From an uncultured Christensenellaceae bacterium (GTDB lineage Bacteria > Bacillota > Clostridia > Christensenellales > SZUA-584): a stretch of 64,000 nucleotides of DNA. The stretch is from positions 80,532 through 144,531 of the forward strand of contig CAYTUG010000001.1 in the NCBI GenBank assembly GCA_964441275.1. Reading direction: 5' to 3'. Position 1 is the first letter of the stretch. Each line of letters opens with the position of its first letter. This document shows, piece by piece, positions 27,938 through 37,205 of this stretch. Both the position numbers and the translations under genes were made by a program. The notes under the pieces are model-generated. The model was given only the letters and a program-made list of their open reading frames with translations, did not search any database and was not told the DNA's origin.

Positions 27938-28969
27938 ATGTTTTCTTTTTATGCGCCTTGTCTTGGCATTGATCTTGGCACGGTTAATACTCTTGTTTTT
28001 CAAAAATCGCGCGGAATCATTTTGCGAGAACCATCAGTTGTTGCCATGCAAAAGGACAACCATGAAATAATTGCCGTTGGTGAAAAGGCGTGTAACATGA
28101 TTGGCCGCACGCCCGGCAACATTATTGCGGTAAAACCGCTAAGGGTTGGAGTAATAGCAAACATTACCGTTACGGAAGCTATGCTAAAATACTTTATTCG
28201 CAAAGCTATGCCGCAAAGTTTTTTTTCCCGTAGCCCCAATGTGGTTATCTGCGTTCCATGCGGAATAACCGAGGTGGAAAAACGCGCAGTTGAAGAGGCG
28301 GCAAAAGCGGCGGGCGCAAGAGGTGTTGTCTTGTTGGAAGAGCCAATGGCGGCCGCTATGGGCGCCGGCCTTGACACCCATTTAGCAAAGGGATGCATGA
28401 TAGTAGACATTGGCGGCGGCACAAGCGAGGTAGCAGTAATTTCGTTAGGCGGAATTGTAACGTCACGCTCTTTGCGTTTAGGCGGCAATCATATGGATGA
28501 TGCAATAATTAAGCATGTTAAAGCAAATTATAATTTAATAATAGGTGAAAGCACTGCCCAAAGCATAAAAATAAATATCGGCGGTGTTATTGATATGGGC
28601 AAAGAGCATACAATTGAGGTTCGCGGAAAAGATGTAACTTCAGGATTGCCAAAATCGATAACCGTCGGGGCGGCGGGAATTCGCGAATCCTTGCTTGAAA
28701 TATCCCAATCAATTTTGGGCGCAATAAGAAATGTACTCGAGCTAACGCCGCCCGAGCTTGCCGCGGATATAATAAATGAAGGGATCGTTCTCTCAGGCGG
28801 GGGATCGCTTTTGCAGGGGTTTAACCGCATAGTGGCAAAAGCAACCGGAATGCCTGTGCGGCATGCACAAAATCCGCTTGATTCCGTAGTCTTGGGTGCG
28901 GGAGCGGCAATGCAAAGCATGGATGCAGCGGTTAGCGAATGTGAGTTTGTCACGGAACCGACTCAATAG
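27938..28969 (+). CDS. mreB: Rod shape-determining protein MreB
   Basis: GGAGG lies 6 nt before ATG 27938. Actin-fold motifs are present: GIDLGTVNTLV, MIVDIGGGTSEVAVISLGG, VLSGGGSLL. Confidence 0.93.
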   Translation: MFSFYAPCLGIDLGTVNTLVFQKSRGIILREPSVVAMQKDNHEIIAVGEKACNMIGRTPGNIIAVKPLRVGVIANITVTEAMLKYFIRKAMPQSFFSRSPNVVICVPCGITEVEKRAVEEAAKAAGARGVVLLEEPMAAAMGAGLDTHLAKGCMIVDIGGGTSEVAVISLGGIVTSRSLRLGGNHMDDAIIKHVKANYNLIIGESTAQSIKINIGGVIDMGKEHTIEVRGKDVTSGLPKSITVGAAGIRESLLEISQSILGAIRNVLELTPPELAADIINEGIVLSGGGSLLQGFNRIVAKATGMPVRHAQNPLDSVVLGAGAAMQSMDAAVSECEFVTEPTQ

Positions 28970-29077
28970 TCTCTTTATTTCACAGATTCGTTGCCTTTGA
29001 TATCGGCACATCTTTGTAACGGCTCAAATAATTCAACAATTAAACTTGCCCCAAATCCCTTGCGCACATAATAATTC

Positions 29078-29106
29078 TTGACACATAAGAACAAAGTGGA
29101 TAGAAT
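29078..29106 (+). promoter_or_regulatory. Sigma-A promoter of rplM-rpsI (TTGACA - 17 nt - TAGAAT), followed by an ~80-nt structured leader
   Basis: TTGACA at 29078-29083 and TAGAAT at 29101-29106. The leader (29113-29195) contains GCATG...CATGC and GAACGT...ACGTTC pairings. It could be an L13-type ribosomal leader, but this was not verified. Confidence 0.55.
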
Positions 29107-29195
29107 ATATCCTGCATGTTTAGCAGTTCACTAGCCCCGAACGTAACGCATGCATAAATAACGTTCATGGTGTAAGCAATAGGAGGAAGGGCCTG

Positions 29196-29630
29196 ATGAA
29201 ATCATATATGGCAAAACCCGGCTCTGTTGAACGCGAATGGTATATCGTAGATGCAGACGGCAAGGTTTTCGGCCGTCTTGCAAGCCAGGTAGCGTCCATT
29301 TTAAGAGGGAAAAACAAACCGGAGTTTACGCCTCATGTAGATACCGGCGACTATGTGATAATAATAAATGCTGAAAAAGCCGTATTTACCGGCAACAAGT
29401 TATCTCAAAAACTGTACAGGCGGCATTCAGGTTACGTAGGAAGCCTAAAGGAAATAAAATACGAACGTATTATGGCAACAAAACCGGAGTTTGCGATGCA
29501 TGAAGCCATAAGACGGATGTTACCAAAAAATAAGCTTGGCAGGCAAATGCTTAAGAAACTGCGCGTGTATAAAGGCAGCGTGCACGAGCACACTGCACAA
29601 AAGCCAAAGCTCTTAGAGCTTGAAGGCTAA
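29196..29630 (+). CDS. rplM: 50S ribosomal protein L13
   Basis: [61 protein letters not shown]. Confidence 0.96.
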   Translation: MKSYMAKPGSVEREWYIVDADGKVFGRLASQVASILRGKNKPEFTPHVDTGDYVIIINAEKAVFTGNKLSQKLYRRHSGYVGSLKEIKYERIMATKPEFAMHEAIRRMLPKNKLGRQMLKKLRVYKGSVHEHTAQKPKLLELEG

Positions 29631-29646
29631 CGGGAGGAAATTAAAC

Positions 29647-30039
29647 GTGGCAAAGATACAATTTGCAGGTACAGGAAGAAGAAAAAGCTCTATCGCAAGA
29701 GTTATAATATCTCCGGGTACCGGGAAAATGCAGATTAACAAAAAAACTATTGAAGATTATTTTGGGTTTGAGACTTTGCGCATGCTTGTCATGTCTCCGT
29801 TAGTTTTAACCGAGACCCAAAATAAGTATGATGTTGTTGTAACAGCTAAAGGCGGCGGGTTTACCGGTCAGGCGGGAGCGATACGCCATGGCATATCGCG
29901 CGCGCTAATTAAATCCGAACCTGAGCTTAGGCCGTTGCTAAAAAAGGCTGGGTTTTTAACAAGAGACGCAAGAATGAAAGAAAGAAAGAAATACGGCCTT
30001 AAAGCCGCGCGGCGTGCGCCGCAGTTTTCCAAGAGATAA
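29647..30039 (+). CDS. rpsI: 30S ribosomal protein S9
   Basis: GTG start at 29647 ([19 protein letters not shown]), GGGAGG 9 nt upstream. The C-terminus is ...[17 protein letters not shown]. The product is 130 aa. Confidence 0.93.
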   Translation: MAKIQFAGTGRRKSSIARVIISPGTGKMQINKKTIEDYFGFETLRMLVMSPLVLTETQNKYDVVVTAKGGGFTGQAGAIRHGISRALIKSEPELRPLLKKAGFLTRDARMKERKKYGLKAARRAPQFSKR

Positions 30040-30054
30040 TAACAATATCGTCAA

Positions 30055-30100
30055 AAAGCCCGTATTCATGCGGTGTTCCGTGTGCGTTCGGGCTTTCTTT
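30055..30100 (+). terminator. Intrinsic terminator after rpsI
   Basis: AAAGCCCG ... CGGGCTTT stem with inner GCGG/CCGT pairing, followed by CTTT. Confidence 0.5.
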
Positions 30101-30353
30101 ATGCCCCGATGTAATCAAAAATCCGACAGACGGCGAAAAACGCTGCCTTTTGGTTGGTAAAAAAGTATGTGCCTGAACTCTGAAAAAGCGGTTGTTTTTT
30201 TGAATTCTTTTTTGTGGTGTGTATCTGATAGTCACGCTCAGTATACCCGCCCCGTCCTGCCTCATGCGCTCAATAAGGCCGCTCTTGATAGCTTATATGC
30301 TCCCGCAACGTGCATACCAGGGCACACGCCCTCGGTTCGGCGATTATTAGAGC

Positions 30354-30422
30354 TTAATTGCGTTTAGCAAGATAAGCTAAGATTAAAACCGGAAGAAATA
30401 GCAGAACAAGCAGAAACCACAT
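30354..30422 (-). CDS. 22-aa hydrophobic peptide MWFLLVLLFLPVLILAYLAKRN
   Basis: Too short for the ORF track. Consensus SD AGGAGGTGG with 7-nt spacing to ATG 30422, and a TAA stop at 30354-30356. The product is one TM helix plus a basic tail. It lies in a 680-bp gap with no other credible ORF. Confidence 0.45.
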   Translation of the reverse strand: MWFLLVLLFLPVLILAYLAKRN

Positions 30423-30719
30423 ACCACCACCTCCTACAGTTCTTCTGACAGTCTCAATATATTACAACAGATGTACGATAAAACGGACTATGCCTGTTTT
30501 CGGTAGAACACATCATTAAGTTATATGAACGCTAATAAAGCAGCTTGCCGCCGTGCTATCTGAACGATTTCTGTCACACAATAAAATGCACCAAGGGTTT
30601 ATTGGCCTGCTTTTCTGCTTGCAATTATAAATGTCTTTAAATGCATTGTAGCATCTGGTTTTATTTAATTCCATAAGAACTGATAAACAAATTCTTTTTG
30701 TCTAGTTTTGCGCGATAGC

Positions 30720-31892
30720 TTATTTTGCGCTGCGTTCACACAAAAGCATAGTAACATCGTCCGCACGCGTTTGGGTGAACTTTTTCTTAATTTCTTCCAA
30801 GAGCTGTTTTCCATGAAGCGATTCGCTCTGCAATATTTCGCTTAATATCCTGCTTGATGCCTGTTCCGTATGTATCCCATCGAGCCCATCGGTATAAAGA
30901 AACATTTTTTCACCCTTTTTCAGAACGCCGCTTATTTGGCTGCGCCTTGAATTGTCTGCCCAGCGGCATATAGGAGTGCCCGGAAGCAATATCTCTCTTA
31001 AACCGCCGTTGCCAGCAATAAGCGGTGGTACGCTATGCCCTGCGTTGGCGCATACATAAAAACCCGTTGCAGGGTCAAGCGACACTACAAATGTTGTAAT
31101 ATAAATGCTCTCCTCAGTGTTTAGTTCCTCAAACGAATCCTGAAGGTTATGCAGCACCTGTGCTGGCGAAACCCCCGAAATCTTACACTGCGCAAACATT
31201 TCTTGCCTTAAATACACAGTTAGCATGGCAGGCATAACGCCATGGCCCGAAACATCGGCAATATACATTATAACGCGCCCGTCTCTTGCCAAAAAGCAAT
31301 CGTACATATCTCCGCCCAACGCCTCGCAAGGCAAAAATTCAGCGGCAAAACGATAGCCTTTAATCTTGGGCAAATTGTGTCTTAAAATAGAAAGCTGAAG
31401 GCTCCGCGCTATTTCTAAATCCTTCATCATGCGCGAATTGTTAGCCATCAGCTTTTCCTTTAAATTTTGTTCCTTGGTTATATCGCTGTAAATCTCAAGA
31501 GCGTAATATTTGCCTTCAAACTCTACCGGCCCCGCGCTAACAGAATATATCCTACCGCGCGCTGCGGTTATTATATTATATCTTCGCTTATCCCGAATGC
31601 ATTTCTCGGCTATGCATTCTAAACAATCTTTAGACGCCCCCGGCAGCCTTTTACATCTTATACTATTTATACTATCTTTTTCACCGAATCTTTCCCGCAA
31701 GGCGGCGTTTGAATAAAGTATACTTCCGTTCCCGTCAAGCACGCGCACCATATCGGGTATTTCATCAAGCACCGCAACAGAAAAAATGCTTGAACAAAAC
31801 TCTGCGTTGCCCCGCATATCAATTACCCCACAAAAAATAATAATTAATATAATATTTATCCGCCGCTTTAACCCCACAAAACGACAGCACAA
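30720..31892 (-). CDS. PAS-domain PP2C-type (SpoIIE/RsbU-like) serine phosphatase
   Basis: The C-terminal PP2C core has GGDMYDCF...ADVSGHGVMPAM...ANAGH...LYTDGL...DDVTML. The N-terminal PAS-like region reads MVRVLDGNGSILYSNAAL...YSDITKEQ. The start is a TTG at 31892, or the internal ATG (MRGNAEF) at 31817. Confidence 0.85.
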   Translation of the reverse strand: MCCRFVGLKRRINIILIIIFCGVIDMRGNAEFCSSIFSVAVLDEIPDMVRVLDGNGSILYSNAALRERFGEKDSINSIRCKRLPGASKDCLECIAEKCIRDKRRYNIITAARGRIYSVSAGPVEFEGKYYALEIYSDITKEQNLKEKLMANNSRMMKDLEIARSLQLSILRHNLPKIKGYRFAAEFLPCEALGGDMYDCFLARDGRVIMYIADVSGHGVMPAMLTVYLRQEMFAQCKISGVSPAQVLHNLQDSFEELNTEESIYITTFVVSLDPATGFYVCANAGHSVPPLIAGNGGLREILLPGTPICRWADNSRRSQISGVLKKGEKMFLYTDGLDGIHTEQASSRILSEILQSESLHGKQLLEEIKKKFTQTRADDVTMLLCERSAK

Positions 31893-31903
31893 ATCAGATA
31901 AAG

Positions 31904-32170
31904 TCAGTCAACAAGTCCATCAAGTACGTACCGATCATAGATTTCATCTAATTTCATCTTATCAACTATAATTTTGTCTATAACGAAGCTTTGCTTAAGT
32001 ATCTTGATATCGGAACCAAGATTTTGGGATTTATCTCTTTTAAAGTGCGCAGCAACCATATCTTCTAGAATTTTTTGTTCCGCTTGAAACTGCTTGCGCA
32101 GCATATCCTTTTTTGCATTGTAATTCCCACGGTGCAAACGAATTGGTCTACACCGATCCGTATCCCTCAT
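31904..32170 (-). CDS. Hypothetical helical protein (88 aa), possibly Spo0E-like
   Basis: It ends 11 nt upstream of the phosphatase gene on the same strand. The segment KQSFVIDKIIV fits the S-x3-D-x-[LI]-I spacing of the Spo0E SQELDxLI motif after a preceding helix. This match is weak. Confidence 0.45.
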   Translation of the reverse strand: MRDTDRCRPIRLHRGNYNAKKDMLRKQFQAEQKILEDMVAAHFKRDKSQNLGSDIKILKQSFVIDKIIVDKMKLDEIYDRYVLDGLVD

Positions 32171-32437
32171 TTAAGTACCCCTAACCCTATCCGATAATAA
32201 TGTGCAACTCGACTAACCGCAAAGCCCTCTACGCCGGCTTGCGCTGTGCACAAACGCCATTAAAATATAACGTTTAACTGTAATTATGTTTATGCAATTT
32301 GCTATAGATTATACTATCACACATATTTAAGCAATTGTATAGTGTTTCGACAAAAATAGCTAAAATCCTTTTTTATATGATACAAAATTTACTATTTTAA
32401 ACTTGTCAGCGCTTAAAATAATTAATGATATTGCAAA

Positions 32438-33367
32438 TTAATCCGAAAAATCGAAAAGCCCTTGCTCAAAAGCGCTGATAGGAAAGCTTTCGGATAAAGA
32501 GCGAAAGCGCTTACCGTTTAAATAATCAAACCCGTGCCCGCTGCCCACCTCAAAAATCATTGTCTCTAACCACATGCAAATATAATCCGCACCAAAACAA
32601 TAATTAAACCGCTTATCCCCGTAAACATGATCTCCAAGTACAGGCAGCCCGCAAAAAGCAAGATGCGCGCGCACCTGATGAAAACCGTTTGTAACGGGCC
32701 GAACACGCAATAACGACATATCGTCTCCCTGCGAAAGTTTTAAATATCGTGTAACAATCGGTTTAAACCCTTTCTTAAATTCCAAAGATATATGAGCGCG
32801 CCTGCCCAATTTATCTTTCCTGTGATATCCAATCAATTCTTTCTGTCCGCCCGAATCGCCTTTTACAGGGCATATGTAATAACGTGAAATCCGCCGCTGC
32901 CCGAGAGCCTCGAGCAGGAAAAGGTAGGCGCTTTCATGTTTGGCTATTAACAAAAGACCGCTTACATATGTGTCTAACGGATAAATAAGATATGGCACCA
33001 TTAAAGCTTCAATACTAAATTCACCGCTTTGTTTCATTTGATTTTCAATAATACTTAATACGCTTTCTTCTTCCCCGTGCGAAATTGTGGGCAGCCCGGC
33101 CGGCTTATCAACCACAAACAAATTTTCGTCCTGATATATGATATTGGGAATCAAGTCAACGCCCAGCACATCGCCCGGCAAATAGATATGCACAGTATCG
33201 CCTTCGCACACCTTATTATCGGGCATCGCTTTGTGATTATTTATGGTTATATGTCCTTTTTTAAACGCAAACTTTATTTCCTTTACAGAAAAACGCGGGT
33301 ATGTTTCACAAAGCACATCATATAGCTTAATCCCTTCGTGCTCTTTTTCAGCCGTGAAAAAAAACAT
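32438..33367 (-). CDS. RluA-family pseudouridine synthase with N-terminal S4-like domain
   Basis: YQDENLFVVDKPAGLPT ... the catalytic region is divergent (PLDTYVSGLLLIAKH); ...HQVRAHLA. Confidence 0.8.
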   Translation of the reverse strand: MFFFTAEKEHEGIKLYDVLCETYPRFSVKEIKFAFKKGHITINNHKAMPDNKVCEGDTVHIYLPGDVLGVDLIPNIIYQDENLFVVDKPAGLPTISHGEEESVLSIIENQMKQSGEFSIEALMVPYLIYPLDTYVSGLLLIAKHESAYLFLLEALGQRRISRYYICPVKGDSGGQKELIGYHRKDKLGRRAHISLEFKKGFKPIVTRYLKLSQGDDMSLLRVRPVTNGFHQVRAHLAFCGLPVLGDHVYGDKRFNYCFGADYICMWLETMIFEVGSGHGFDYLNGKRFRSLSESFPISAFEQGLFDFSD

Positions 33368-33477
33368 CTGCCGTCACTCCTTGCTCCAAAGTTGTCGTAT
33401 ACACCGCTGTAACAAAAAAAATACTATATCAGCTATACTAATAAGTCAAGCGTTGCGCCGCCCGCTTTCAGTTTAAC

Positions 33478-33506
33478 TTGCATACGCGGGCTTCTTTTGA
33501 TATATT
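33478..33506 (+). promoter_or_regulatory. Promoter of the glyQS leader (TTGCAT - 17 nt - TATATT)
   Basis: TTGCAT at 33478-33483 and TATATT at 33501-33506. This leaves a ~200-nt leader before the glyQS ATG. Confidence 0.5.
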
Positions 33507-33654
33507 ATAAAAAATATCGTTACGGTCATGTTTTTGCTTTGCCACTAAAATTAAGATAATGCAAATCTAAAGCGGCACTATTAGCATGGGCGTTGCGTCT
33601 ATTACCTAAATAAGAGCGGATTGCAAAAAGTTTAATTAAGGTTAAACCGCAGGC

Positions 33655-33698
33655 GTCATTGTGTCCCTTGTGCTTTAAGGACAAAATGACTTTATTAT
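33655..33698 (+). terminator. Leader terminator/attenuator upstream of glyQS (possible degenerate glycine T-box)
   Basis: A 12-bp stem GTCATTGTGTCC / GGACAAAATGAC with 1 mismatch is followed by TTTATTAT, 15 nt before the glyQS SD. Just upstream, AATTAAGGTTAAACCGCAGG resembles the T-box consensus AATTAGGGTGGTACCGCGG but lacks the UGGN tRNA-acceptor pairing bases. A GGC-A candidate specifier sits at 33573-33576. Confidence 0.45.
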
Positions 33699-33712
33699 AT
33701 ACGGAGGCGTTT

Positions 33713-35098
33713 ATGAACAACAAAAAGATGGAGCGCGTTGTGGCTCTTTGCAAAAACAGAGGCTTTGTTTTTCCGGGTTCTGAAATATACGGAGGGCTTG
33801 CAAACACATGGGATTACGGCCCGCTTGGGGTTGAATTTAAAAATAATGTAAAACAAGCATGGTGGCAAAAATTTATCAAGGAAAGCGAATATAACGTAGG
33901 GCTTGATTCGGCAATACTTATGAACCCAAGCGTTTGGGTAGCGTCGGGCCATGTTAGCGGCTTTTCCGATCCTCTAATGGATTGTAAAGAATGTAAGGCG
34001 CGTTTTAGGGCGGATACCCTAATTGAAAACTACGCAAAAAGAAAATCGCTTTCAGTTTCTGTGGTTGCAATGCAATATGCCGATATGGAAGCTTTTATTG
34101 CGGAAAACAGCATAAACTGCCCCGTTTGCGGCAAACACAACTTTACGGGCATACGAAAGTTTAACCTTATGTTTAAAACATTTCAAGGCGTTACAGAAGA
34201 TTCTTCAAGCGAAATATTTTTAAGGCCTGAAACCGCCCAGGGCATATTCGTTAATTTTAAAAACGTCGCGCGGACAACCAGAAAGCGCATACCGTTTGGA
34301 ATAGGCCAAATAGGAAAATCGTTCAGAAATGAAATTACGCCGGGCAACTTTACGTTTCGCATACGCGAGTTCGAGCAAATGGAATTGGAGTTTTTCTGCG
34401 CACCCGGCGAAGGCGGAAAATGGTTTGTCTATTGGAAGGATTTCTGTTATAATTGGCTGCTTTCCCTCGGTCTTAACAAGGATAATATTCGCCTTAGAGA
34501 TCATGATCCAAAAGAGCTTTCTCACTACTCTAATGCAACTACAGACATAGAATATCTTTTTCCGTTCGGCTGGGGCGAACTTTGGGGAATAGCCGACCGG
34601 ACGGATTTTGACTTAAAACAGCATATGCAGCATTCGGGCGTAAATATGGAATATACAGATCCGGTAACTAACGAGAAATATCTGCCCCATTGTATAGAGC
34701 CCTCCCTCGGGGCGGACCGCGTTGCCTTAGCGCTGCTGTGCGATGCGTACGATGAAGAAAAACTTCAGACAGGCGATGTAAGAACGGTGCTTCGCCTTTC
34801 CCCCGCGCTGTCTCCGTTTAAGGCGGCGGTTTTGCCCATGCAGAAGCAGCTTGTCGATACGGCGGAACAAGTATACAAAAGGCTGCTTAACAATCATGCG
34901 GTGGATTTTGACGTCACCGGCAGCATTGGAAAGCGATACCGCAGGCAAGACGAGATTGGAACGCCCTTTTGCGTAACTATCGATTTTGACACGCTTGATG
35001 ATAATCGCGTAACGATACGGGATCGCGATACTATGCAGCAGATACGCATAGATATTGATAAGGTGAGCGCTTACCTGAAAGAAAAGACAGTATTTTAA
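33713..35098 (+). CDS. glyQS: Glycine--tRNA ligase (single-chain GlyQS type)
   Basis: GGAGG lies 6 nt before ATG 33713. [33 protein letters not shown] and [15 protein letters not shown] are class II motifs of GlyRS. Confidence 0.95.
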   Translation: MNNKKMERVVALCKNRGFVFPGSEIYGGLANTWDYGPLGVEFKNNVKQAWWQKFIKESEYNVGLDSAILMNPSVWVASGHVSGFSDPLMDCKECKARFRADTLIENYAKRKSLSVSVVAMQYADMEAFIAENSINCPVCGKHNFTGIRKFNLMFKTFQGVTEDSSSEIFLRPETAQGIFVNFKNVARTTRKRIPFGIGQIGKSFRNEITPGNFTFRIREFEQMELEFFCAPGEGGKWFVYWKDFCYNWLLSLGLNKDNIRLRDHDPKELSHYSNATTDIEYLFPFGWGELWGIADRTDFDLKQHMQHSGVNMEYTDPVTNEKYLPHCIEPSLGADRVALALLCDAYDEEKLQTGDVRTVLRLSPALSPFKAAVLPMQKQLVDTAEQVYKRLLNNHAVDFDVTGSIGKRYRRQDEIGTPFCVTIDFDTLDDNRVTIRDRDTMQQIRIDIDKVSAYLKEKTVF

Positions 35099-35291
35099 TA
35101 TATCTAATTAAATTATACCTTTACCGTTTTGTATATCTGATACCCGGATTGTTTGTTCCCGACGCGTTTAGCGCGGCATAACACGGTCGCTTTCGCCACT
35201 TGACAAAACAGCTACGCAAAACTATCCTAATAAACATAACAAAAAGTTTTAGGACATATGTTTGTGTGCCGTAAAACAACAGGAGATACAA

Positions 35292-37205
35292 ATGGAGAAG
35301 TTTTACATCACAACGCCTATTTATTATCCAAGCGATAAACTGCACATAGGCCACACCTATACCACGGTTGCGGCCGATGCCCTTGCGCGTTTTAAACGCC
35401 AGACAGGGTATGATGTCATGTTCTTAACAGGCACAGACGAACACGGCCAAAAAATAGAACGGGTGGCGGCGGCGGCGGGCAAACAGCCTAAAGAGTACGT
35501 TGATAAAATTGTTGCGGATATTAAAGAGCTGTGGAAACTTATGAACATATCCAATGACAGTTTTATAAGAACGACTGACGAGAACCATGTTAAAACCGTA
35601 CAAAAAGTATTTAAAAAACTTTACGACAACGGAGATATTTATAAAGGCTGTTACGAAGGTTGGTATTGCACCCCATGCGAGTCTTATTGGTTGCAGCGCC
35701 AGCTTACAGACGGCAAATGCCCTGATTGCGAGCGCAAGGTTGAGCTTGCCAAAGAGGAAGCATATTTCTTTAAACTAAGCAAATATGCCAAAAGGCTTAT
35801 AGAGCATATTGAAAAGCATCCCGAATTTATACAGCCCGAAAGCCGCAAAAACGAGATGCTCAACAACTTCTTGTTATGCGGACTCGAGGATTTGTGCGTA
35901 TCGCGCACATCGTTTAAATGGGGCATACCGGTCGATTTTGACTGCGGCCACGTCGTATATGTTTGGATTGACGCGCTGACCAATTATATATCGGCTTTGG
36001 GCTATCTTTCGGACGACGATTCCGCATTTAAAAAGTATTGGCCTGCCGACGTACATCTCATGGCAAAAGAAATCGTGCGGTTTCACACTATAATATGGCC
36101 TATTATGCTTATGGCGCTTGATTTGCCGCTTCCCGCGCGCATATTTGGGCATGGCTGGCTTTTACTCGAAGGCGGAAAGATGAGCAAATCAAAAGGCAAT
36201 GTGATTGACCCCATAAAGCTCGCCAAACGCTATGGCGTCGATGCGCTAAGATATTTCTTGCTGCGCGAAGTGCCGTTCGGCGCGGACGGAGTTTATACCA
36301 GCGAGGCGCTGCTTGGCCGCATAAACAGCGACTTGGCTAACGACCTGGGAAATCTTGTATCGCGCACAACCGCAATGATTGTCAAATATTTTGACGGGGT
36401 TGTTCCCTGCGATACTCAGTCTACGGAGTTTGATTCCGATATAGAAACATCGGGCGCACAGCTGCATCAAAAAGTTACGCATCATATGGATTCTTTGAGA
36501 CTGCCCGACGCTCTTGCAGAAATATTTAGCTACATAGGCTCTTTAAACAAATACATAGATTTAACCGCGCCATGGGTTCTTGCCAAAAACGAAAGCGACA
36601 AAGCAAAACTTGCAGGTGTTATGGTGCATTTGGCGGAAGGCCTGCGTATTGTATCCGTGCTTCTCTCTTCGTTTTTGCCCGACACCGCAAAACAAATTTG
36701 GAATGCACTCGGGATAAACAGCCGCAGCCTTAAAAGCTTTGAAAGTATATCAAGCTTTGGCAGCTGCGTTTGCTCCTTAACCGTTTCCCAGTGTGCGCCT
36801 TTATTTCCGCGGCTTGATATTAAGAAAGAACTCGAAGAGCTTGAAGCGCTCTCTCCCGAAAACAATTCTCCCCAAAGCGCATGCAATTTAGTTTCTTTTG
36901 ACGATTTTAAAAAACTTGAGCTTAAAGTTGGCGTGATCAAACAGGCCGAAGATATCAAAGGCAGCGACAAGCTTTTAAAACTGCAAGTGGACACCGGAGA
37001 GCCGAGGCAAATTGTTTCGGGCGTTAAAGAGTGGTATAGCGCATCGCAGTTGGTCGGCAAAACGATAGTCGTCGTCACTAACTTAAAACCCGCCAAACTG
37101 TTTGGCATAGAATCTTTTGGTATGCTGCTTGCCGCAAAAGCGCAGGGCTCATTGCGGCTTGTAACGATAGACGGCGCTTTGCCGCCAGGCACCCAAATCT
37201 CATGA
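35292..37205 (+). CDS. metG: Methionine--tRNA ligase with C-terminal tRNA-binding (EMAP/Trbp111-like) domain
   Basis: SD CAGGAG. The HIGH motif is YPSDKLHIGH and the KMSKS motif is GGKMSKSKG. A CPxC...CPDC zinc knuckle is present. The C-terminal domain reads LELKVGVIKQAEDIKGSDKLLKLQVD. Confidence 0.95.
   Translation: MEKFYITTPIYYPSDKLHIGHTYTTVAADALARFKRQTGYDVMFLTGTDEHGQKIERVAAAAGKQPKEYVDKIVADIKELWKLMNISNDSFIRTTDENHVKTVQKVFKKLYDNGDIYKGCYEGWYCTPCESYWLQRQLTDGKCPDCERKVELAKEEAYFFKLSKYAKRLIEHIEKHPEFIQPESRKNEMLNNFLLCGLEDLCVSRTSFKWGIPVDFDCGHVVYVWIDALTNYISALGYLSDDDSAFKKYWPADVHLMAKEIVRFHTIIWPIMLMALDLPLPARIFGHGWLLLEGGKMSKSKGNVIDPIKLAKRYGVDALRYFLLREVPFGADGVYTSEALLGRINSDLANDLGNLVSRTTAMIVKYFDGVVPCDTQSTEFDSDIETSGAQLHQKVTHHMDSLRLPDALAEIFSYIGSLNKYIDLTAPWVLAKNESDKAKLAGVMVHLAEGLRIVSVLLSSFLPDTAKQIWNALGINSRSLKSFESISSFGSCVCSLTVSQCAPLFPRLDIKKELEELEALSPENNSPQSACNLVSFDDFKKLELKVGVIKQAEDIKGSDKLLKLQVDTGEPRQIVSGVKEWYSASQLVGKTIVVVTNLKPAKLFGIESFGMLLAAKAQGSLRLVTIDGALPPGTQIS

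Noticed and set aside
29999-30367. ORFs 29999-30265 (-) and 30167-30367 (+) in the gap after rpsI.
   Set aside because: One overlaps the rpsI 3' end and its terminator. Neither has an SD or a recognisable motif, and they overlap each other. The short SD-led peptide ORF at 30354-30422 explains coding potential in this gap better.
33526-33952. Minus-strand ORFs 33526-33807 and 33695-33952 over the glyQS leader and 5' end.
   Set aside because: They overlap a promoter-leader-terminator arrangement and the start of a strongly supported aaRS gene, and they have no translation signals.
35099-35291. A T-box or other riboswitch upstream of metG.
   Set aside because: There is no GGTGGTACC-like T-box sequence and no terminator hairpin with a U-tract in the 190-nt region. 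Only a possible promoter (TTGACA-17-TATCCT) is present.
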